In this document: positions 54,794 to 63,719 of the stretch, piece by piece
Layout of the letters: every line of letters starts with the position of its first letter
Numbering within the stretch: position 1 is the first letter of the stretch
Origin: Actinomycetota bacterium
GTDB taxonomy: Bacteria; Actinomycetota; Thermoleophilia; Gaiellales; Gaiellaceae
Direction: 5' to 3'
DNA length: 64,000 nt
Assembly (NCBI GenBank): GCA_046725345.1
Contig: JBKOYJ010000028.1
Span: 1,300-65,299 of the forward strand
Notes under the pieces: generated by a model
Seen by the model: only the letters and a program-made list of their open reading frames with translations
Told to the model about the DNA's origin: nothing
The model's database searches: none
Program-made: the position numbers and the translations under genes

Positions 54794-55933
54794 GTGGCAC
54801 AGGACCGGATCGGAATCGGGTTCGTCGGCTACGGGTGGATCGCGCGTGCCCATGCGCACGCGCTGCACACCCTCAACCACATCGCCCCGCTGTCGCGACG
54901 GATCGAGCTCGTCTCGATCGCAGGGCGGACGCCCGAGCGGGTCGCGGAGGCAGCGGCGGAACTCGGCTTCCTGCGCCACGCCACGGATCTCGAGGACGTC
55001 GTCGACGACGACGAGGTCGACGTCGTCGCGGTCGTCGCTCCCAACGAGGCCCATGCGCCGGCGGCGATGGCGGCGCTCGAGCGGGGGAAGCCCGTGCTTT
55101 GCGAGAAGCCGCTCGGGCTCGACTCCCACGAGGCGGGTACGATGTTGGCCGCCGCCGAGGAGGCGGCCGTGACACACGGCGTCGGCTTCAACTACCGGTA
55201 TGTGCCCGCGATCTCGCTCGCGCGCGAGGTCATCGAGTCGGGCCGGCTCGGACAGCTACGCCACTACCGGGCGGTCTATCTCCAGGACTTCAAGGGCCTC
55301 GAGGAGGAGACGCGGCCGTCACACGGCGGGTCGGGCTCCGTGCTCGACTACTCGCACCTCGTTGACATGCTCCGCTGGCTGGCGGGCGAGCCGACGGCGG
55401 TGAGCGCGCACGTCGCCACCTTCGTCGCGGACACCGAGGACAGCTTCGTCGCGGCGCTCGACCTCGGGGGCGGGGCCACCGCCTCGCTGGAGGCCTCGCG
55501 CGTCGCGACCGGATGGAAGGGCCGACACCGCGTCGAGCTGAACGGCAGCGCCGGCTCGCTGTGGTGGGACATGGAGGACGTCAACCGCCTGCACGTGTTC
55601 TTCGTCGACGACGAGCGGGAGCGGCTCGGCGGCTTCCGCGACGTGCTGGTGACGCAGCCCGACCATCCCTTCGTCGCCGAGTGGTGGCCGCCCGGCCACG
55701 TGCTCGGCTGGGAGCACGCGATGGTGCACCAGTGGCGGGACTTCCTCGAGGCCGTCCTCGAGGACCGTCCCGTGCCCGTACGGCAGGCGAGCTTCGAGGA
55801 CGGATACCGCGCGGCCGTTCTCTGCGACGCGATCCTCGAATCCGCGCGCGAAGGGAGGCGAGTAGAGGTCCGAGAGCTCGAGGGCAACCGCGAGCCGGTG
55901 GGTCAGACGAACGCGAGGAAAGGAAGGGAATGA
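54794..55933 (+). CDS. Gfo/Idh/MocA family oxidoreductase (fourth paralogue)
   Basis: IGFVGYGWIARAHA...VLCEKPLG...GFNYRY. Confidence 0.8.
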   Translation: MAQDRIGIGFVGYGWIARAHAHALHTLNHIAPLSRRIELVSIAGRTPERVAEAAAELGFLRHATDLEDVVDDDEVDVVAVVAPNEAHAPAAMAALERGKPVLCEKPLGLDSHEAGTMLAAAEEAAVTHGVGFNYRYVPAISLAREVIESGRLGQLRHYRAVYLQDFKGLEEETRPSHGGSGSVLDYSHLVDMLRWLAGEPTAVSAHVATFVADTEDSFVAALDLGGGATASLEASRVATGWKGRHRVELNGSAGSLWWDMEDVNRLHVFFVDDERERLGGFRDVLVTQPDHPFVAEWWPPGHVLGWEHAMVHQWRDFLEAVLEDRPVPVRQASFEDGYRAAVLCDAILESAREGRRVEVRELEGNREPVGQTNARKGRE

Positions 55934-57021
55934 GCGACGAGAGAGACGAGATGCGAGGGAGCGAGGAGGAGGCGAGCGGTCTGTTCGACCAGTCGCTCTC
56001 CCGCGCCTCGCTGTTCAAGCGCGCGGCCGTCGGCGGCGCCGCGGGCCTCTCGCTGCCGGCGCTGCTCGCGGCGTGCGGCGGAGACGACGAGGAGGCCGCG
56101 ACCACGACGGCGACGACCGGTGGGGCGCAGCAGACGAACCTGACGTTCTACTCGGTCACCCACGGCGAGTCGGGGAACGTCTTCTGGGCGATCTACCGGA
56201 ACGGCATTCGCGACGGGAAGAAGGTGTTCGGCGTCACGGTCAAGGACCTGCCGCTCGAGAACTTCTCGGTGGCCGGCTACGTCGACCTGCTGAACCAGGC
56301 CATCGCGGCGAAGCCGGACGGCATCTTCTGCTCGATCCTCGATCAGAACGCCGTCGATGGACCCCTGCGCCGTGCGATCGACAGCGGGATCCCGGTCATC
56401 GCCGTCAACATCCCCGACACGCGGCCGCTCGACCAGCGGATCCCGTATCTGTTCTACGTCGGCGGCGACGAGGAGGCAGGGGGGAAGCTGACGGCGCAGC
56501 GGCTGCTCCAGGACAACCCCAGCCCGAAGCACGCACTCTGCATCATCCACGAGCCGGGTCACACCGGCCTCGAGGCGAGGTGCAAGGGCTATGGCGACGC
56601 GCTCAAGGCTGCGGGCGCGAACGTCACGAGGGTCCCGAGCTCGAAGGACGCGACGCAGGCCACCGAGCAGATCAAGGGGATCCTCCAGAAGAACACCGAC
56701 GTCGACGCGATCTTCGGCGTTGGCCCGCAGCCGTCGACGTTCGCGCTGCAGGCGCTCGACGAGCTCGGGAAGAAGGGCGTGACCGTCCAGGCGTACGACA
56801 TGGACCCGAAGCTGCTCGACGCGATGAACGCAGGGACGCTCCTGTCGACGATCGACCAGCAGCAGTACCTGCAGAGCTTCGAGCCGATCAACTGGCTGAA
56901 GCTCCATGTCCAGCACGGGTTCGTGCTCGCGCCGGGCGTCGACATGCTCACCGGCCCTGCGCTGGTGGACAAGTCCAACGTCTCCAAGGTCGCGGCCGGA
57001 GTGAAGGCGGGGTTCCGCTAG
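55930..57021 (+). CDS. Sugar ABC transporter substrate-binding lipoprotein (periplasmic-binding-protein type I)
   Basis: Signal/lipobox LPALLAACGG, then LTFYSVTHGESGNVFW...IPVIAVN...QQQYLQ. ATG overlaps the previous stop. Confidence 0.8.
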   Translation: MSDERDEMRGSEEEASGLFDQSLSRASLFKRAAVGGAAGLSLPALLAACGGDDEEAATTTATTGGAQQTNLTFYSVTHGESGNVFWAIYRNGIRDGKKVFGVTVKDLPLENFSVAGYVDLLNQAIAAKPDGIFCSILDQNAVDGPLRRAIDSGIPVIAVNIPDTRPLDQRIPYLFYVGGDEEAGGKLTAQRLLQDNPSPKHALCIIHEPGHTGLEARCKGYGDALKAAGANVTRVPSSKDATQATEQIKGILQKNTDVDAIFGVGPQPSTFALQALDELGKKGVTVQAYDMDPKLLDAMNAGTLLSTIDQQQYLQSFEPINWLKLHVQHGFVLAPGVDMLTGPALVDKSNVSKVAAGVKAGFR

Positions 57022-57024
57022 CCG

Positions 57025-58092
57025 ATGGCGGACGTCGAGCAGCCGCAGGAAGCGCGCCCCCCGGTCGGGGCGCGCGAGGCTGCCGAGCCGGCGGGTGCCC
57101 GGCGAGCGTGGTCGTCAGTCCGCGGCCTGCTCGTCGGGCGCCCGGAGACCGGCGCGCTATTCGGCGCGGCCACGCTGTTCGTGATCTTCGCGTTCATCGC
57201 CCCGTCGTCCGATCTCTTCCTGTCGCGGACGAACATCGCCGGCATGACGAGCATCACCGCCGAGCTCGCGATCGTGTCGATGGCCGTCACGCTGCTCATG
57301 ATCTCCGGGCACTTCGACCTCTCGGTGGGCTCCGCGCTCGGGCTCAGCTCGATGCTCGTGCCGTGGCTGATGGTCCAGCACGACGTCCCGGCCCTCTGGG
57401 CCTTCCTGATCGCGTTCGCCGCCGCGGTGGGAATCGGGCTCCTGAACGGGTCCATCCTCGTGCTCTTCCGGATCCCGTCGTTCATCATCACGCTCGGCAC
57501 CCTGCTGATCCTCCGCAGCCTCGTGCTCAAGGTCTCGGGCGGCTTCCCGGTCGCGGTGCCGCAGAACAGCAAGGTGTTCGAGATCTTCTCGCACCGGATG
57601 GAGAGCGGACCGCTCCACGGCTACCAGGTCTCGATCTTCTGGCTCCTCGGGGTGCTCGTGGTGCTGACTTTCGTCCTTCTCCGCACGCGCTTCGGAAACT
57701 GGATCTTCGCGGCAGGCGGGAACGAGCGCGCCGCCCGCTCGATGGGCGTGCCGGTCGATCGGGTCTGGATCATTCTCTTCATCGTCACGGCCCTGTCCGC
57801 GTTCCTGACCGGGGTCATCCAGGCGGGCCGCTTCGACACCGTCGAGGCGACGCGAGGACAGCTCTACGAGCTGCAGGCGATCGCCGCAGCGGTGATCGGC
57901 GGCGCCCGCCTCACCGGCGGCTACGGGTCCGTGCTCGGCGCCGCCCTCGGCGCGTTCATGATCGCGATGATCCAGCAGGGCCTCGTGCTCTCGGGGACCG
58001 AGAGCTACTGGCTCAACTTCGCGATCGGAGCGCTGATCATCGGTTCCGTTATCGTCAACCAGGTCCTCGGCCGCTCGAGGCCGCAGATGTGA
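57025..58092 (+). CDS. Sugar ABC transporter permease (RbsC/BPD_transp_2 type)
   Basis: About 10 TM helices and the AVIGGARLTGGYGSVLGAALGA motif typical of ribose-type permeases. Confidence 0.85.
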   Translation: MADVEQPQEARPPVGAREAAEPAGARRAWSSVRGLLVGRPETGALFGAATLFVIFAFIAPSSDLFLSRTNIAGMTSITAELAIVSMAVTLLMISGHFDLSVGSALGLSSMLVPWLMVQHDVPALWAFLIAFAAAVGIGLLNGSILVLFRIPSFIITLGTLLILRSLVLKVSGGFPVAVPQNSKVFEIFSHRMESGPLHGYQVSIFWLLGVLVVLTFVLLRTRFGNWIFAAGGNERAARSMGVPVDRVWIILFIVTALSAFLTGVIQAGRFDTVEATRGQLYELQAIAAAVIGGARLTGGYGSVLGAALGAFMIAMIQQGLVLSGTESYWLNFAIGALIIGSVIVNQVLGRSRPQM

Positions 58093-58175
58093 CGAACCCT
58101 ACGGGCCTGGGTTCACCGAATGAACACGTCGCTGTTCACACAAATGCCCCGCTGTAGCTGCTCGGAGGTTCTCTC

Positions 58176-58976
58176 CTGAGCGTCCAAGGAAACGGAGCCG
58201 CGCCGCTCGTCGAGGTCCGCGAGGTCACGAAGAACTTCGGCCGCATCGAAGCGCTCCGCGGCGTGAGCTTCACCCTGCCGCGCGCCGAGGTGCTCGCGCT
58301 CCTCGGCGACAACGGCGCGGGAAAGTCCACGATGATCAAGATCCTGACGGGGCTGTTCCCGCCGGACCGCGGGGAGATCCTCTGGGAGGGTGAGCCGGTG
58401 CGCTTCCACTCGCCGCGCGACGCCTACGACCTCGGCGTGGCGACCGTCTATCAGGACCTCGCGATCGTCGACCTGATGAGCATCTACCGGAACGTCTTCC
58501 TCGGCCGCGAGAAGGTCGTGACCAAGGGGATCGGCCCGTTCCGCTTCCTCGACCGGAAGAAGGCCCACGCCGACGCCCGGAAGGCGATCGCCGACATCGG
58601 AATCCAGATCCGCGACCCCGACGAGGCGATCGCACGCATGTCCGGCGGCGAGCGGCAGTCGATCGCGATCGCGCGCGCCGCGTACTTCAGCCCGAAGCTG
58701 CTGATTCTCGACGAGCCCACCTCGGCGCTGTCGCTGCGCCAGACCGACCGGGTGCTGAAATCGGTGGAGGAGGCGCGGAACAAGGGGATCTCGATCATCT
58801 TCATCACGCACAACGTCCACCACGTGTACCCCGTCGCCGACCGCTTCGTGATCCTCTGGCACGGCGAGTCGATCGCCGAGTTCAAGCGCGGCGAGCACAC
58901 GAAGGAGGAGCTCTCCGAGCTGATCGTCGAGGGGAAGCCGATGGCCGAGCGGCTCGGGCACGCCCAGCGCACGTGA
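58176..58976 (+). CDS. Sugar ABC transporter ATP-binding protein (probable CTG start; canonical-start alternative GTG 58263)
   Basis: GDNGAGKST (Walker A), MSGGERQSIAIARA, LLILDEPTSAL, ITHN. The conserved N-terminal strand PLVEVREVTKNFGRIEALRGVSF lies upstream of the first ATG/GTG/TTG. CTG 58176 sits 7 nt after GGAGG. Confidence 0.8.
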   Translation: MSVQGNGAAPLVEVREVTKNFGRIEALRGVSFTLPRAEVLALLGDNGAGKSTMIKILTGLFPPDRGEILWEGEPVRFHSPRDAYDLGVATVYQDLAIVDLMSIYRNVFLGREKVVTKGIGPFRFLDRKKAHADARKAIADIGIQIRDPDEAIARMSGGERQSIAIARAAYFSPKLLILDEPTSALSLRQTDRVLKSVEEARNKGISIIFITHNVHHVYPVADRFVILWHGESIAEFKRGEHTKEELSELIVEGKPMAERLGHAQRT

Positions 58977-60001
58977 GCCATACAACCATGCCGGCGGCCG
59001 TCCTGGCGGACGTCGGCAGGCTCGAGGTTGTGGAGCGGCCCGTGCCACGCGTCGAGCGGACAGAGGACGTCGTGCTCGACGTCGAGGCGTGCGGGATCTG
59101 CGGCAGCGACCTCCAGATCCTGAGCGTTCCGCCGGGCCATCCCGCCACGGTCGGGGTCGTGCTCGGACACGAGTTCGCCGGGGTGGTCGCGGAGGTTGGC
59201 GACGGCGTCCACGGGCTCGCGCCCGGCGATCGCGTCGTGGTCGCGCCCAACGTCTCGTGCGGCCAGTGCGCGTGGTGCCGCCGCGGGCTTCGCAATCAGT
59301 GCGAGAACTTCACGACGCACGGCGTCTTCGTCGACGGCGGGCTGGCGCCGCACGTTCGCGTGCCGGCGTCCGCCTGCCATCCCGTCTCGACGGCGCTCCC
59401 GAGCCACCTCGCGGCGCTCGTCGAGCCGCTTTCGACGGTCGTCCATGGGACGCGGCAGGCCGCGGCCGCTCCGGGAGATACGGTCGCCGTGCTCGGCGCG
59501 GGGCCGGTCGGGCTCATGTTCGTGGCGCTGCTCACACTCGCGGGTGCGAGCGTGGTCGCCGTCGAGCCGTCGCGCGAGCGTGCCGGGCTCGCGACGCGAC
59601 TCGGGGCGGTCGAGGTGCTCGACCCGCGCTCGGACGACGTCGCCGCCGCGATTCGCGCCCGCTCCGACGGGCTCGGCGCCGATGTCGTCGTCGACTGCGT
59701 CGGCACCCAGCTAGCCGCGGCCCTCTCGCTCGTACGCAAGGCCGGCCGCGTGGTGCTCTTCGGCGTGAACGCCCGGGCGCGGGCCGAGATCGCCCAGGAG
59801 CACATCACGCGCGACGAGCTGACCGTCGTCGGCAGCTTCGTCGGGCAGGACGTCTTCCCGGCCGCGATCCGCCTGCTCGAGCAGGGACGGCTCGACCTGA
59901 GTCCGCTGGTGACGCACCGGATCGGGCTCGAGGAGCTGCCCGCAGCGGTCGAGGAGCTCCGCGCGGGGCGGGCGGTGAAGGTCGAGGTCGAGTTCGCGTG
60001 A
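58973..60001 (+). CDS. Zinc-dependent medium-chain alcohol/polyol dehydrogenase
   Basis: ACGICGSDL...GHEFAGVV...C..C..C..G (structural zinc)...VLGAGPVGL. Confidence 0.85.
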   Translation: MSHTTMPAAVLADVGRLEVVERPVPRVERTEDVVLDVEACGICGSDLQILSVPPGHPATVGVVLGHEFAGVVAEVGDGVHGLAPGDRVVVAPNVSCGQCAWCRRGLRNQCENFTTHGVFVDGGLAPHVRVPASACHPVSTALPSHLAALVEPLSTVVHGTRQAAAAPGDTVAVLGAGPVGLMFVALLTLAGASVVAVEPSRERAGLATRLGAVEVLDPRSDDVAAAIRARSDGLGADVVVDCVGTQLAAALSLVRKAGRVVLFGVNARARAEIAQEHITRDELTVVGSFVGQDVFPAAIRLLEQGRLDLSPLVTHRIGLEELPAAVEELRAGRAVKVEVEFA

Positions 60002-60900
60002 TCGAGGCGGCGGTGCTCGGTCGCGTCGGCGTCGACCTCTATCCGAACGAGCTCGAGACGCCGCTGCGGGCGCAGCGGACGCTCACGCGCTTCGTCGGCG
60101 GCTTCGCCGGCAACGTGGCGACCGGGCTCGCACGGCTCGGCATCGGCACCGCGATCGTCTCGCGTGTCGGAGACGAGGGGAACGGCGAGTTCGTGCGCGA
60201 CTTCCTCGACCGCGAGGGCGTCGACACGCGGTTCCTGGCCGTCGACCCGTACTGGCTGACCCCGCCGACGTTCGTGGAGGTCTGGCCGCCCGACCGTTTC
60301 CCGATCACCTTCTACCGGCGCCCGACAGCCCCCGATTGGCAGCTTGCGCCGGAAGACTTCGACGCGGGTGAGCTCGCCCGTGCGCCGCTCCTCTACGCGA
60401 CCGGCACCGGGCTCGCGCAGTCGCCGAGCCGTGAGACGACCCTCGCTGTCCTCCGCGCCCACGAGGGGACGACGATCTTCGATCTCGACTGGCGGCCGGC
60501 GCTTTGGAACGACGCGGGCGAGTATTCGGCGCTCGCCGGGGAGGCGGCTGCGACCGCGGACGTGGTCGTCGGCAACGAGGAAGAGGTGGCGGCCTCGGCC
60601 GGGTCGCCCGAGCCGTTCCTGGCTGCGGGCGCGGCTGTCGTATTGAAGCGGGGGGAGCGGGGCGCGACCGTGCTCGCCGAGGGAGACGAGGTCGAGATCG
60701 CCGGCTTCCCGGTCGACGTCGTCAACGGGCTCGGTGCGGGCGATGCCTTCGCGGCCGCGCTCGGGCACGGCCTGTTGCGCGGTCTCACGCTCGTCGAGGC
60801 CGTCCGGCGCGGCACGATCGCGGGGGCGCTGGTCGCGGCTCAGCTCGCGTGCTCGGAAGCTATGCCGCGGCTCGCCGAGCTCGAGGCGGCAGCGGCGTGA
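59998..60900 (+). CDS. iolC: 5-dehydro-2-deoxygluconokinase (PfkB family)
   Basis: GRVGVDLYPNE....L......F..FVGGFAGNVATGLARLG...DWRP.LW...VNGLGAGDAFAAA. GTG overlaps the previous stop. Confidence 0.8.
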   Translation: MIEAAVLGRVGVDLYPNELETPLRAQRTLTRFVGGFAGNVATGLARLGIGTAIVSRVGDEGNGEFVRDFLDREGVDTRFLAVDPYWLTPPTFVEVWPPDRFPITFYRRPTAPDWQLAPEDFDAGELARAPLLYATGTGLAQSPSRETTLAVLRAHEGTTIFDLDWRPALWNDAGEYSALAGEAAATADVVVGNEEEVAASAGSPEPFLAAGAAVVLKRGERGATVLAEGDEVEIAGFPVDVVNGLGAGDAFAAALGHGLLRGLTLVEAVRRGTIAGALVAAQLACSEAMPRLAELEAAAA

Positions 60901-61727
60901 GGCTCTTCTACCGGGCCGGCGAGTGGGAGCGGATCACGCCGGACGATGCCGGGTGGCGCTACCTGACGTTCTCGGTCACGAGGCTCGCGGGCGAGATCGC
61001 GGGATCGACCGGGGGCGAGGAGGTCGCGATCGTGCTGCTGGAGGGTCGCTGCGAAATCGAGGTGAGCGGGAGTCGCTTCGAGCTCGGCCCGCGCGCCGGC
61101 GTCTTCCGGACGCTGCCGTGGACCGTCTACCTGCCCCGCGACAGCGAGTACCGGATCGCCGGCGAGGCCCAGGTCGCGATCGCAAGCGCTCCGTGCGAGC
61201 GGCGTCTCGCGCCCGTCCTTCAGCGGCCGGAGCAGGTCGACGTCGAGATCCGAGGCGCCGGCAACGTCACGAGGCAGATCAACAACATGATCCAGCCGGG
61301 GTTTCCCGCCGAGCGGATCCTCGTCGTCGAGGTCCTGACGCCGGGCGGCAACTGGTCGAGCTACCCGCCGCACAAGCACGACGAGGACCGCCCTCCCGAG
61401 GAAGTCGTGCTCGAGGAGGTCTACTACTACCGCGCGCCGGCACCCGAAGCGTTCGGAGTCCAGCGGCTCTACACGCGCGAGAACGGCGTCGACCTGACGA
61501 CAACCGTGCGCGACGGCGACTTGCTGCTCGTCCCGCAGGGCTACCACCCCTTCTGCGCCGCGCCCGGCTACGACTTTTACTACCTGAACGCGCTCGCCGG
61601 CGACCGGCACTCGATGGCGGCCTCGGACGACCCGGAGCTTGCGTGGGTGCGGTCGTCGTGGGCCGAGATGGAGAAGGATCCCCGCGTGCCGCTCGTGACG
61701 GCCACGGCGGACGACGCCGCCACGTAG
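60897..61727 (+). CDS. iolB: 5-deoxy-glucuronate isomerase
   Basis: GNWSSYPPHKHDE......LEEVYYYR...GYHP is the IolB cupin signature. Confidence 0.85.
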   Translation: MRLFYRAGEWERITPDDAGWRYLTFSVTRLAGEIAGSTGGEEVAIVLLEGRCEIEVSGSRFELGPRAGVFRTLPWTVYLPRDSEYRIAGEAQVAIASAPCERRLAPVLQRPEQVDVEIRGAGNVTRQINNMIQPGFPAERILVVEVLTPGGNWSSYPPHKHDEDRPPEEVVLEEVYYYRAPAPEAFGVQRLYTRENGVDLTTTVRDGDLLLVPQGYHPFCAAPGYDFYYLNALAGDRHSMAASDDPELAWVRSSWAEMEKDPRVPLVTATADDAAT

Positions 61728-61867
61728 ATGAAGACTCGTCTAGTCCGGGAACCCCACCTCCCTCCCCGTTGCGGCGAGCGTAGCGCCGCAGTGCGCGCGG
61801 ATGTGCGAAGGATCCGTCGCGAAAGCGTGCCGAGCGCCCGGGACACCGCCCCGGAGCGAGGCGCCCG

Positions 61868-62782
61868 GTGAACGCCCTTCGCGTCGCGAACGCACCGCTC
61901 TCCTACGGCGCCTTCGAGATGACCGTCGGCGTGTTCCCCAACGTCCCCGGCCCCGACGAGCTGCTCGCCGAGATGGCGAGCGCGGGCTACGCCGGGACGG
62001 AGCTCGGCCCGCCACGCTACATGGGGGAGGGGGACGAGCTGCGCGCCCGGCTCGAGCGCCACGGCCTCGCGCTCACGGGCGGCTGGTGCCCGCTCCGCTT
62101 CAGCGAGCCCGAGCACTGGGACGAGGACCTCGTGGAGCTGCGACGGACGCTCGACCTCTTCGAGGCGGCCGGCACCGGCCGCGACGCCCGTCCCGTGTTC
62201 GGCGACGGAGGCTCGGAGGCCCGCCGCGCGAACCCCGGTCGAGGCGCCGACGACCGCTCCCTCGGCCTCGACGACGCCGGCTGGCGCCGCTTCGCTGACG
62301 GGTTGGCCCGCGCGCAGGAGGTCGTGCACGAGCGCGGTCTCGAGCCGACCTTCCACCCGCACACGAGCACCTACGTCGAGGCCCCGCGGGAGATCGAGCG
62401 GCTGCTCGAGCTCTCGGACGTGGGACTCCTCGTCGACACGGGCCATCTGCTGGTCGGCGGCAGCGACCCTGTCCGGGCGCTCCGCGACTGGGGGGCACGC
62501 GTCAACTACGTCCACGTCAAGGACGTGCGGATGGACGTCCTCCGTGGCGTGATCGCCGACCGCGCCGACGCGCTCGAGGCGTGGCGGCGAGGCATCTTCT
62601 GCGAGCTCGGCAGCGGCGACGTCGACCTCGACGCCTTCTTCTCGGCGCTCCGAGACACCGGCTACGAGGGCTGGATCTGCGTCGAGCAGGACCGGATCCC
62701 GCGCGAGGACGAGCCGCTGTCGGAATCGGCCGAGGCGCAGGTACGCAACCGTGAGTGGCTCAGAGAGCACCTCGGGGTCTAG
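61868..62782 (+). CDS. Xylose-isomerase-like TIM-barrel protein (IolE-like inosose dehydratase candidate)
   Basis: ANAPLSYG.FE....P...P.E.L.EMA.AGY.GTELG...FHPH..TYVE...DTGH...HVKD...F.ELG.G.VD...GYEGW..VEQD. Confidence 0.65.
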   Translation: MNALRVANAPLSYGAFEMTVGVFPNVPGPDELLAEMASAGYAGTELGPPRYMGEGDELRARLERHGLALTGGWCPLRFSEPEHWDEDLVELRRTLDLFEAAGTGRDARPVFGDGGSEARRANPGRGADDRSLGLDDAGWRRFADGLARAQEVVHERGLEPTFHPHTSTYVEAPREIERLLELSDVGLLVDTGHLLVGGSDPVRALRDWGARVNYVHVKDVRMDVLRGVIADRADALEAWRRGIFCELGSGDVDLDAFFSALRDTGYEGWICVEQDRIPREDEPLSESAEAQVRNREWLREHLGV

Positions 62783-63517
62783 GTGGAGTACCCGACGTTC
62801 GATCTCGAGGGCCAGGTCGCGCTCGTCACGGGAGCGAGCCGCGGGATCGGGCACGACCTCGTGCTCGCGCTCGCCAACGCGGGCGCCCGCGTGCTCGCGG
62901 GCGTACGGCCTGGAAGCGCTCCGCCGGAGGGCTTCGACGCCGTCGAGCTCGAGCTGCGGGACGTCGCGAGCGTCCGTGCCGGCATCGCCTCCGCGATCGA
63001 CCGCTTCGGGCAGCTCGACGTGCTCGTGAACAGCGCCGGGGTAGGCACGAACCACGACGCCGTGGACGCGACCGAGGAGGAGTGGGACGAGCTCCTCGAC
63101 GTCAACCTCAAGGGTCTCTTCTTCGCCTCTCAGGCAGCGGGCCGGCACATGCTCGAACGCGGATACGGACGGATCGTGAACATGAGCTCGCAGGCGGGCC
63201 ATGTCGGCATCCGCCGGCACGCGGGCTACTCCGCGAGCAAGGGCGGCGTCGAGCTGCTCACGAAGGTGCTCGCCCTCGAGTGGGGCGCGCACGGAGTGAC
63301 CGTGAACGCCGTCGCCCCGACGTTCGTCCGCACGCCGGGCACGGCCGAGCGCCTCGATCGTCCGGAGTTCCTCGCCGACGTGGTGAGCCGCATTCCGGTC
63401 GGCCGCGTCGGCACGACCACCGAGGTTGCCGCAGCGGTCATCTTCCTCGCCTCTCCCGCAGCCGGCCTCGTGAACGGAACGAGCATTCTCGTGGACGGCG
63501 GTTGGACAGCCCAATGA
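62783..63517 (+). CDS. SDR-family oxidoreductase
   Basis: ALVTGASRGIG...NSAG...SSQAG......YSASKGG is the classical TGxxxGxG / YxxxK. Confidence 0.85.
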   Translation: MEYPTFDLEGQVALVTGASRGIGHDLVLALANAGARVLAGVRPGSAPPEGFDAVELELRDVASVRAGIASAIDRFGQLDVLVNSAGVGTNHDAVDATEEEWDELLDVNLKGLFFASQAAGRHMLERGYGRIVNMSSQAGHVGIRRHAGYSASKGGVELLTKVLALEWGAHGVTVNAVAPTFVRTPGTAERLDRPEFLADVVSRIPVGRVGTTTEVAAAVIFLASPAAGLVNGTSILVDGGWTAQ

Positions 63518-63620
63518 CCCGCGACCATGCCGAACACGCGCAGGCGCGGACGCGAAGCGCCATCGTCCGCGCGGGGGAGCCTGTCGCCCCACGTGTCCGA
63601 CAACGGGCGACGGTGAGCGG

Positions 63621-63650
63621 GCTGCGGCGGGACCGCGCTCCCGCCGCAGC
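63621..63650 (+). terminator. 12 bp GC hairpin about 100 nt after the SDR stop (weak U tract)
   Basis: gctgcggcggga-ccgcgc-tcccgccgcagc followed by ggcgttctgt. Confidence 0.35.
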
Positions 63651-63719
63651 GGCGTTCTGTCCGAGAACACGAGCTGAAGAGGGGGGGACGTGGGGAACCA
63701 GGGGTTCCCCCACGAGACG

